The position numbers and the translations under genes are program-made. Source: Phycisphaerales bacterium (lineage in GTDB: Bacteria; Planctomycetota; Phycisphaerae; Phycisphaerales; UBA5793). Taken from it: a DNA stretch of 64,000 nucleotides. The notes under the pieces were generated by a model. It searched no databases. It was not told where the DNA came from and worked only from the letters and a program-made list of their open reading frames with translations. Where the stretch lies: positions 45 to 64,044 of the forward strand of contig JBGASM010000013.1 of the NCBI GenBank assembly GCA_044229655.1, written 5' to 3'. Below are positions 38,778 through 46,308 of the stretch, piece after piece. Position 1 is the stretch's first letter, and each line of letters begins with the position of its first letter.

Positions 38778-39039
38778 TCACTCAGGCACGGATGCGGATG
38801 AAGACCGCGAAAACCAGCCCGCCTGATCGCAAGAAAAGCCCCTCAGCCGCACAACCCTGGTGCCACGAGGGAAATCCATCCTAGGCGATACCCCCCCGAT
38901 TGCGGCAAGGAGAGTGTGAGGGAACGGGGGAGGCGGGGGAAGTGGGGGCAGGGGTGGTGACTCAGGGGGTCACAAGGGCAAGAATTGAATCCAAAGAGTG
39001 CGAACCTGCAGGGGATACATGCCTTCTCGAACCATGCGG

Positions 39040-39141
39040 GAAGCGCAGATGTCGGGGGATTCCGTTCCTCCTCCCCCGACTGCCCTTCATCATCAATTCC
39101 AAGAAGCGCAGATGCAGAGGAGGATTGCATCCTCCCCTGCA
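39040..39141. repeat. Two tandem units of GAAGCGCAGATG plus hairpin
   Basis: Exact 12-mer at 39040 and 39103 (63 bp apart), each running into a stem (39051-39080; 39113-39141). Confidence 0.8.
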
Positions 39142-39236
39142 ACCCCACCTGCTACCCTGCCCGAGGTATCGAGCACGTTGCAGGCGCGTAGAAATCTTGC
39201 TACGTTTTCGCAAGAATTGTGGACAGGTTGACCATC

Positions 39237-40505
39237 ATGGCAACACGCTCTCCAACCTTATCAAGCGCGATCGTTCATGCGTGGCAAAACGAACGTTCTG
39301 CGGTTGCAATTAAGAGATTGGCACTGCTTTTCGACCGGGTCTACTACATTCATCCAACGTACGCGACATTCAAAGGCGGTCCTCAAGACTTTCTCAATCG
39401 CCGACGTGAGGTCGCGCCAGGCGGGCCATCTTGGATAGAGAACTTCAGTTGGTGGGATGATGTTGTCTCACAGAGTGCGGTTGACATCCATCAATCTCGG
39501 AGGGGTTCAATTGGCGAACTGATCACGGATTTTGAGAAGGCAGAGATCCTCGTGCCAGCGGCCTTCGGACCCGGTGCGGCATTTTCCCAACTCCCAGATG
39601 ACACATTTTTCAGGGCACGGACGGTATGGATGCAGCAGGAACTCGGAGATGACGTGTTTCTTAGCGCAACAAACACAAACAAGAATTGGCAGAATGATCC
39701 AATCGTTCATGGCCAGATGACTTTGAGAAACTCCGTTGGCCATGAGATTCAACAAATTTGGGTGAACCCGCCGGCTGCATGGAATACCTCAGAGGCGCTT
39801 ACGGATATCTCCTATCTGGCAGCCTCACTTAATGCGATTCCGACATTCTTCGAGCCCTCGCACATTGCTGGACTAAAGAGACGATTTGCCAAAGTATCGG
39901 AATTGATTAACGAGAATGACCAAATTCCCAAGAACCTCGGCTGCGCTTCGGAAACCCAAATGCGCAATACTGTCGCAGGGCATCTTCTTTTTACCCTTGG
40001 CGGACAATTATTTGACGACGACACACTTCGGCGCGTTTCAACCGCGGAGATCATTCATTTACGCAAGACCATGCTATCTGCGCGGCGCGATCTTTTGGAT
40101 GAATGTCTGTCAGCGATAGACCGGATTGTTGCTGAGGGCAACGGCTTAGAAAGCGTGGACCAAGAAATTCAGGCATATGTTCGGGACACATTACGTCCAG
40201 CGCTACGAGACTTTCGAGAGGAATCGCAGCACGCAAAGGACAATTTACTAGGGGATATGTTCGTAAGGTCCGTGCAAGCCGCTTGTGAATTCTCAGTTGG
40301 GGCCTTGGCGGGGTCTTTTGCCGCAGTCGCATTTACGTCCTCACTTTGGTCCTTGTTTCTTGCGGGCGGATTCGCGGCAGCCTCCAGGACGTTGCCGTCT
40401 CTAACTCGCGACCTAAAAGACGCTTATGTAGCCCAGCAGGCACGCCAGCGTCAAGGGCTAGCCCTTGTGGACGCGGTGCGGAACCTACGAAAGCAAGAGA
40501 GTTAA
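39237..40505 (+). CDS. Hypothetical low-GC protein with C-terminal hydrophobic segment
   Basis: 422-codon ORF with AT-rich codons unlike its neighbours (line 39661-39720 has 25/60 GC); no motif recognised with confidence. Confidence 0.8.
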   Translation: MATRSPTLSSAIVHAWQNERSAVAIKRLALLFDRVYYIHPTYATFKGGPQDFLNRRREVAPGGPSWIENFSWWDDVVSQSAVDIHQSRRGSIGELITDFEKAEILVPAAFGPGAAFSQLPDDTFFRARTVWMQQELGDDVFLSATNTNKNWQNDPIVHGQMTLRNSVGHEIQQIWVNPPAAWNTSEALTDISYLAASLNAIPTFFEPSHIAGLKRRFAKVSELINENDQIPKNLGCASETQMRNTVAGHLLFTLGGQLFDDDTLRRVSTAEIIHLRKTMLSARRDLLDECLSAIDRIVAEGNGLESVDQEIQAYVRDTLRPALRDFREESQHAKDNLLGDMFVRSVQAACEFSVGALAGSFAAVAFTSSLWSLFLAGGFAAASRTLPSLTRDLKDAYVAQQARQRQGLALVDAVRNLRKQES

Positions 40506-40750
40506 CAGTACGCAGATACCCCATAGATTTGCGCATGAACCGTTGGGGCGGTCGCGCTCCTTCATTGGTGTAAACGGCCCTCCGCTCCCCCCGCGCAGGA
40601 CCGTCCCCTGACTTCCCGGCCAAGCCCCAACGGTCCTGACCCCAAAACTCTTCGTTATTCCTCCCTTCTCCCTCTTTTCCGCGCTGTATTTGCGCAAAAC
40701 AGCCCAAAACGGTGCCATTTCGCGCTCGATCTGCGCTCTTTCTCCGCACA

Positions 40751-40939
40751 TCTCCGGAGTTTCGCCCTTCGTTTCCGGAGTTTGACCGCGCTTTTCCGGA
40801 AAACCGCCGCACTCTTCCGGGAAACCATCCCATCCTTCCGGAATTGCGCCCCGTCTCTCCGGAAGCGTGTCGCGTGTCTCCAGAGTTCTCCTTCGTTGTT
40901 CCGGAGTTCCGCGCTGCCTTTCCGCAATTCCACCGCTCC
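40751..40939. repeat. Array of nine 21-bp-period units with palindromic YTCCGGAR core
   Basis: Cores start at 40753, 40774, 40795, 40816, 40837, 40858, 40879, 40900 and 40921; intervening bases differ. Confidence 0.93.
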
Positions 40940-40966
40940 AGGTAGGCGCGACTGGCTCCCGTGCGA

Positions 40967-41764
40967 TCAGTTACTGAGGAAGCTCATGGCATCCGCGAAG
41001 AAGTGCGCGAAGAACACAGGCCAGAAGGATCGCTTCCACACGAAAGTGAGCCCAAGTAAGAGGCCGAAAGTGGTCACGTAACCAGCGGCCGCAAGCCCCT
41101 GGTAGACGTGGTACCCTCCGAACGCAATCGAGCTGACGACCACGGCGCGCGCTGTTGAGTGGAACGCCGCTTCCAATCGCGGAATGAAGTAGGCGCGCAT
41201 CACGATCTCTTCAGCGAATCCGTTCAGCGCCGAAGCGAGAACCAGGCTGGCCAACCCGAGCGGTGAGGGCCAGCGTGGCATGAGGTCCGTCAGCAGCGCC
41301 CCCAATGGGTAAAGCGGTCCTTCCGAGACAAGGAATGCCTTCGCGTAATAGAAGGAATAGAACAGCACGTAATTGATCACAACGAGGCCGGCGCCGAGGA
41401 GCACATCGGCAATCCCCGGACCTCGGCCCAGCCCGAAGAATGACCAGCCCAGCCGGCTGCGCCACATGATGTAAAGCACCGGAATGCCCACGCTGATCGA
41501 CCGCTGGATCAGGAAAACATAGATTGAGCCATGCTCGGCCGACTCCGTCAGACGGTCCGGACCCTCGGATGAATACGCTGTCAGAGCCTGCCACAACGCG
41601 GGAAGCACCGCGATCACAAAGACGACGCCCATCTCCAGGACATCGCGCCGCAGCCACCAGCGTCCCGAGGATGCGGAAGTCGCTGATGTTGGTGACTGCG
41701 ACGACGTTGAAGACGTTGTCGCATCAGACGCGAGAGGCGAAGGAGAATCCAAGGACTCGGGCAC
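40967..41764 (-). CDS. CPBP (CAAX/Abi-type) intramembrane glutamic endopeptidase
   Basis: FAEEIVMRAY, FGGYHVYQG, FFAHFFAD motifs and multiple TMs. Start uncertain (ORF open to 41917). Confidence 0.88.
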   Translation of the reverse strand: MPESLDSPSPLASDATTSSTSSQSPTSATSASSGRWWLRRDVLEMGVVFVIAVLPALWQALTAYSSEGPDRLTESAEHGSIYVFLIQRSISVGIPVLYIMWRSRLGWSFFGLGRGPGIADVLLGAGLVVINYVLFYSFYYAKAFLVSEGPLYPLGALLTDLMPRWPSPLGLASLVLASALNGFAEEIVMRAYFIPRLEAAFHSTARAVVVSSIAFGGYHVYQGLAAAGYVTTFGLLLGLTFVWKRSFWPVFFAHFFADAMSFLSN

Positions 41765-41980
41765 GGGGGGATGGCTCCGCAAGTCAATGAGTGTGTGCAG
41801 GGTATTGCGTCCCGCCGATCGCGACCTCCGTGCCCATGAAAGTCGCCCGCACTCCATCGTGTCGAGCGAATACATCGATGCTGCGCAAAACCCTGGCGCG
41901 CTGAAAAGCAAATCCAAAATCCCCGGATTTCCGATGCGCGCACAAAGGCGATAGACCCCCCGTTATCGCGGACCCACAAG

Positions 41981-42056
41981 GGCGCGGAAACTCAGCAAAA
42001 CCGCTGAAAACTCCGCAAAACTCCGGCAAACCCGCCAAAACCCCTCTGCCGAAAAA
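41981..42056. repeat. Phased A-tract decamer array (consensus ~CTCCGCAAAA)
   Basis: A3-4 tracts end at 41990, 42000, 42010, 42020, 42030 and 42040; a further A5 at 42052-42056. Confidence 0.9.
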
Positions 42057-42214
42057 CCCCCTCCCCCCGATCTCCCGGCGTTTCGCCCCCATTCCCGCAA
42101 GAGTCGGCCCGCAAAATTCTTTTCCTTGCTCCCGGCGCGCATCCCCGTGCGCACGAGCGTGATCTAGTGGCTCGCCTCCGTGCGCACACGCACACCCCTC
42201 CATAAGGACTTACA

Positions 42215-43639
42215 TCACCCTTCCCTGCGTGTAGCGATGATCGTGCCGAGGGTGAACGTGACGAAGCCGATGGCCGCCAGCACCGCGCAGTGGGTCAGCA
42301 TCTCGGGGATCGTGAAGCCGCGCCAGATCGCTCCCTCCAAGGCCTTGATGGACCACGAGACGGGGCTCACAATACTGGCCCGCTGCATCCACTGGGGCAT
42401 GAAGAGCAGCGGGACCATGCCCCCGCCGAGCATCGCGAAGATGGTGTTCACCGCCCACCCCGCGCCGCTGACGCTGGCCTCGGTCTTGCCGATGACGCTC
42501 ATGAGCATCATGATGCCGGTGAAGCATGTTGCGATTGCGGCGACCGCCAGCAGCAGCGCGCGGTAGTCGCCCACGTGCACCTTCAGGAACAGCACGCCCA
42601 GGGTCATGAGCAGTGTGACGACGATGCACACGGTGGTGAAGCAGGCGAGGGCCTTGCCCATGAGGATCTGGCGGATGGAGATGGGCGCGAGGCGGAGGCG
42701 CAGGAGGGTGCCGCGCGTGCGCTCGACCACCAGCGAGATCGCGAAGCCGGCCGCGCAGCCGAGCACACCCCAGAGGATGGACTGCGGGAAGGAGATTTCG
42801 AAGGAGGACTTGGGCCAGGCCTTCCCGGTTTCATCGATGCGGGCGGTCACGTCGACGAACTCAATGTTTCCCATGGAGGAGGAGGAGGGGGCGGACGCCG
42901 GGGGGGTGCCTGCATCGCCATTCATGTCCGATGAACTCTTCTCACCCGCGCCGAAGGGCCCCTGGGCGTAGAGGTCGGGGTCGATGCCGCCAAGGAAGCT
43001 GTCCAGAGCGCCCATGAAGGAATCGAAGATGAGTTTCTGGGCGGGGTTCAGATCATCGGCCGTTCTGATCTCCTCCCTCCCCTTCTGAACCTGGGCGCGC
43101 ATCTTGTCGGGAGAGCCGAATTGGGATCGCAGGCTCTTGAAGGACGCCTCCATGATGAGACCCTGGAGCATTCCCTTCTCAGCGCTGCGCGAAGGATCGA
43201 CGCCGACCTCGAGGACTGATTTCCCATCGCCGCCGCCGGCGAACAACGCGAAGGGGCTGGCGCCGTAGCCGGGCTTGATGCGGATGTAGGCGGGATTCTC
43301 TCCCTTGCGGACGAGGTCCTGCGCGGCGTCGAGTGTGAGCGGCGGGGGGGGTTGGGACTGACCGTCGGAGCCGGGGAGTGTCGATTGGAGAGTGACGGCG
43401 GAGGACTCATCGAGCGCCCTAAGAAATTCGCGTGAGGCCTCGGAGGCATCTTCATCGACCGCGAGCACGGTCATCCCGCCGGATCCGTTGCCACCCCCGC
43501 CCTCACCGCCCACTCCGCTGAAGATGGAGCCGAAGAAGAGGGCGTAGATGAGGGGAAACCCCAGGATCCAGAACAGGCCGAGTTTGTCGCGGACCATGAG
43601 TTTCAGGTCCTTGCGCGTAATGGCGAGGATGGCGCTCAT
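42215..43639 (-). CDS. ABC-2 type transporter permease
   Basis: KDLK...RDK.GLFW, large extracytoplasmic loop, ERTRGTLLRLRLAP, LGGGMVP, SPVSW. Confidence 0.92.
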   Translation of the reverse strand: MSAILAITRKDLKLMVRDKLGLFWILGFPLIYALFFGSIFSGVGGEGGGGNGSGGMTVLAVDEDASEASREFLRALDESSAVTLQSTLPGSDGQSQPPPPLTLDAAQDLVRKGENPAYIRIKPGYGASPFALFAGGGDGKSVLEVGVDPSRSAEKGMLQGLIMEASFKSLRSQFGSPDKMRAQVQKGREEIRTADDLNPAQKLIFDSFMGALDSFLGGIDPDLYAQGPFGAGEKSSSDMNGDAGTPPASAPSSSSMGNIEFVDVTARIDETGKAWPKSSFEISFPQSILWGVLGCAAGFAISLVVERTRGTLLRLRLAPISIRQILMGKALACFTTVCIVVTLLMTLGVLFLKVHVGDYRALLLAVAAIATCFTGIMMLMSVIGKTEASVSGAGWAVNTIFAMLGGGMVPLLFMPQWMQRASIVSPVSWSIKALEGAIWRGFTIPEMLTHCAVLAAIGFVTFTLGTIIATRREG

Positions 43640-44532
43640 TCGTCCCGCAACCTCCTTCCGGTGAGGGTGAGGAAGACGGTTTCGAGGTCAGGCTGATCGA
43701 TGCGAACGCTGTGGAACTGCAACCCGCGAGATGAGAGCGCGGCGACCTCCTCGATGGGTTTTGCGCTCTCGAAACGAAGCGAGGAGCCGGTCAGCAGCGC
43801 GCCGGGTATGGGCGGGGGTTGGTCAAGAGGAGTCAGGAACTCCGCGGTGACGACGGCGTTGCCGCCATGGCGGGCGATGAGCGTGTCCACGGAGTCGAGC
43901 GCGAGAACCTGCCCCTTGTCCATGATGGCGACGCGGTCGCAGAGGCGCTGAGCCTCTTCCATGTAATGGGTGGTGTAGATGATGGTGCGGCCGAGGGCCT
44001 TGAAGCGTTCGACGGACTCGAAGAGATGGTTGCGCGACTGGGGATCAACGCCGACGGTCGGCTCATCCAGGAGGAGAATCTGCGGATCGTGGAGGATGGC
44101 GGCGGCGAGATTGAGGCGGCGCTGCATGCCGCCGGAGTAGGTCGAGGCCAGATCACTTCTGCGGTCGGTGAGGCCGACGAAGTCGAGGGCGAAATCGACG
44201 CGCTGGGCGAGGGCGCTGCCAGTGAGGCCGTAGAGCCGCGCGAAGAAGGTGAGGTTTTCTGCGCCAGTGAGTTCGGGGTAGATGGAGAGCGCCTGGGGGG
44301 CAACGCCGATGAGGCGGCGGACTTCGGGGCGTGTGGGGTCTCCCTGCCCGCCGATGGCGATGGCGCCCGAATCGGGACGGAGAATGCCGACGGCCATGCT
44401 CAGGAGGGTGGTTTTCCCTGCGCCGTTGGGGCCCAGGAGGCCGAAAGCCTCGCCCGGCCTGACCTCAAGCGAGACGCCGCTGACGGCATGGAGAGAACCG
44501 AAGGACTTGTGCACATCGCGAATTGAGATCAT
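43636..44532 (-). CDS. ABC transporter ATP-binding protein (drug-exporter type)
   Basis: GPNGAGKTT, YSGGMQRR, LLDEPTVGVD, TTHYMEEA, C-terminal LETVFLTLTG. Confidence 0.96.
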   Translation of the reverse strand: MISIRDVHKSFGSLHAVSGVSLEVRPGEAFGLLGPNGAGKTTLLSMAVGILRPDSGAIAIGGQGDPTRPEVRRLIGVAPQALSIYPELTGAENLTFFARLYGLTGSALAQRVDFALDFVGLTDRRSDLASTYSGGMQRRLNLAAAILHDPQILLLDEPTVGVDPQSRNHLFESVERFKALGRTIIYTTHYMEEAQRLCDRVAIMDKGQVLALDSVDTLIARHGGNAVVTAEFLTPLDQPPPIPGALLTGSSLRFESAKPIEEVAALSSRGLQFHSVRIDQPDLETVFLTLTGRRLRDE

Positions 44533-44607
44533 GCGCGCCCTTCAATGAAAAGTGACACAGTGTAGCCGGCGGGCACATCCCCCCTCCCGGGTTTTCCTTG
44601 AGCACGC

Positions 44608-46308
44608 TTACTCCGGAAGTGCAGGCTCAGCGGGCTGCCAGCGGACCTTGGAAGCGCCGATGACCAGACCTGTGGCGAAGGCGATGTCGACCTGCGCGAT
44701 CTGGTATTCGGTGACGGCCTGGATTTCAGCAAGGCGGGCGTTGGCGAGGTTGGTGTTGGCGTCGAGGACTTCGGTGGAGGTGCGCAGCCCCTGATCAAAC
44801 TGGCGCTGCTCGGCTTCGAGTTCGCGCTGGGAGGCGGTGACGTTCTGCTGGGCGGCGAGGATGCGCTGCCAGTTGGTGGCGAGTTGATCGACGGCGTTGA
44901 GGACTTCCTGCGTGATCTGGGACTTGCGCGATTCGCGGGTGGCCAGGCGCTGGATGCGCTGGAGGAGTGCGCGGCGGAGGCGGCTCTCGGCGGCTTCGTT
45001 GCCGATGGGCATCTCGAACTGGAGGCCCACGGTGTGATCCTCGAAGCGCTTGTCGGCGAGCAGGTCAAAGGAGTCGTTCCAGGTTGGCCCCAAGCCGTTG
45101 ACGTTGTAGGTGTAGTTGAGGGCCAGTTGCGGGAGCGTCTGGTTGCGGGCCAGATCGATGTTGGCGGCGTCGGAAGCGATCTGCAGTTCCAGTTCGAGCA
45201 TTTCCATGCGGTTGGCAACCGCGAGGTCGATGAGCGGCCCCGCATCAAGGGTGTACTGCACGGGAGTGGGGTCGGAGGCGGCCTCGACGAGCGTGGCAGA
45301 CTCCATGGGCAGGTCGGGTTTCTGAATGAGGCGCTTGAACTCGCGCTCGCGGTCGCGCAGTTCGTTGTCGGCGGTGATGATGCCTTCGACGCGCTGGGAG
45401 ACGCCCGCTTCGGCACGGGTCACTTCCACTTCGGCGACGGCGCCGGCGTTGGCCTGGCGGCGGGCGCGTTCGAGTTGAGCCTTGGCGAGGTCGAACTCCT
45501 GGAGGCGGACTTCGAGGGCCTTGCGGGCCGCGTACAGCCGCCAGTAGGCGCGATCGACATCAGTGAGGAGGCGAATGACTTCGAGTTTGGTCTGGGCTTC
45601 GGAGATGCGCGTCTGGTAACGGGCCAGAAGGATGGCGGTGGTGTTGGCGTCGACGCCTGCGCCGCGGAGCAGTTGCTGAGAGAGGGAGACGGAGAAATCG
45701 GATTCGTAGGCGGGGTTGAGCGTGGAGAATGAGTTGTTGGTTTCGACCTTATTGACGGGGAGATCGAGGGTGATCGTGCCGCCGGTGCGGAGGGGGATGC
45801 GCAGGCCCGCATCGGCATCGGTGGATTTGACCGAGGATCCGGTGAGCGTGCTGGAGGTGGGCTGGTCGAGGGTGGCGTAGCGGCCGTTGGCGAAGAAGAC
45901 GGACTCGAAGGCGGCTTCCTCCTCGGTGATGCTTTGCCTGGTGATGGTGGGATTGAGGAGGGTGACCTTGAGGTCGAGGTTGTTTTCAAGGGCCAGGGCG
46001 CGGGCTTCCTCCAAGGAGATGGAGAGCGATCCGGCGTCGGCGGTGTCGGCCAGCGAGGTGAGCGGCGCATCGAACGAGGGTGCGGCGGGCTGGGCGATGG
46101 AGCGTCCCGGGCCGAAGTCGGCGATCTCGACATCGCGGACGCGCTCCGGGGGGACGGGGAAGCGGTCGAGGGCTTCGCCGCTGAGCGGATTGCCGCAGCC
46201 GGCGAGCGCGCAGGAGACGGAGGCTCCGAGGAGTCGCCAAGCAGTATCCCGTGTGCGCGTGAATGAAGTCCCCGAAGAAACCTGACGGCGCAAGCCACCC
46301 TTATTCAT
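44608..46308 (-). CDS. TolC family outer-membrane efflux protein
   Basis: Lipobox-like LAGC; ALENNLDL, QQLLRGAG, VDRAYW, ARNQTLPQL, FDQGLRTSTEVLDA. Confidence 0.93.
   Translation of the reverse strand: MNKGGLRRQVSSGTSFTRTRDTAWRLLGASVSCALAGCGNPLSGEALDRFPVPPERVRDVEIADFGPGRSIAQPAAPSFDAPLTSLADTADAGSLSISLEEARALALENNLDLKVTLLNPTITRQSITEEEAAFESVFFANGRYATLDQPTSSTLTGSSVKSTDADAGLRIPLRTGGTITLDLPVNKVETNNSFSTLNPAYESDFSVSLSQQLLRGAGVDANTTAILLARYQTRISEAQTKLEVIRLLTDVDRAYWRLYAARKALEVRLQEFDLAKAQLERARRQANAGAVAEVEVTRAEAGVSQRVEGIITADNELRDREREFKRLIQKPDLPMESATLVEAASDPTPVQYTLDAGPLIDLAVANRMEMLELELQIASDAANIDLARNQTLPQLALNYTYNVNGLGPTWNDSFDLLADKRFEDHTVGLQFEMPIGNEAAESRLRRALLQRIQRLATRESRKSQITQEVLNAVDQLATNWQRILAAQQNVTASQRELEAEQRQFDQGLRTSTEVLDANTNLANARLAEIQAVTEYQIAQVDIAFATGLVIGASKVRWQPAEPALPE

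Noticed and set aside
39218..39226. DnaA box
   Set aside because: TGTGGACAG has two mismatches to TGTGGATAA and is isolated; I saw no box cluster in the skew-switch region.
40500..40537. dif (XerCD) site
   Set aside because: AGTTAACAGTA and ATTTGCGCATG loosely resemble XerD and XerC arms but are 16 bp apart rather than 6.
40751..40939. CRISPR array interpretation of the 21-bp array
   Set aside because: The conserved part is only 6-8 bp and spacers about 13 bp, far below CRISPR dimensions; no cas genes in the window.
40967..41764. CPBP gene as an abortive-infection system
   Set aside because: The 'Abi' label for this family is historical; nothing in the sequence supports a phage-defence role.
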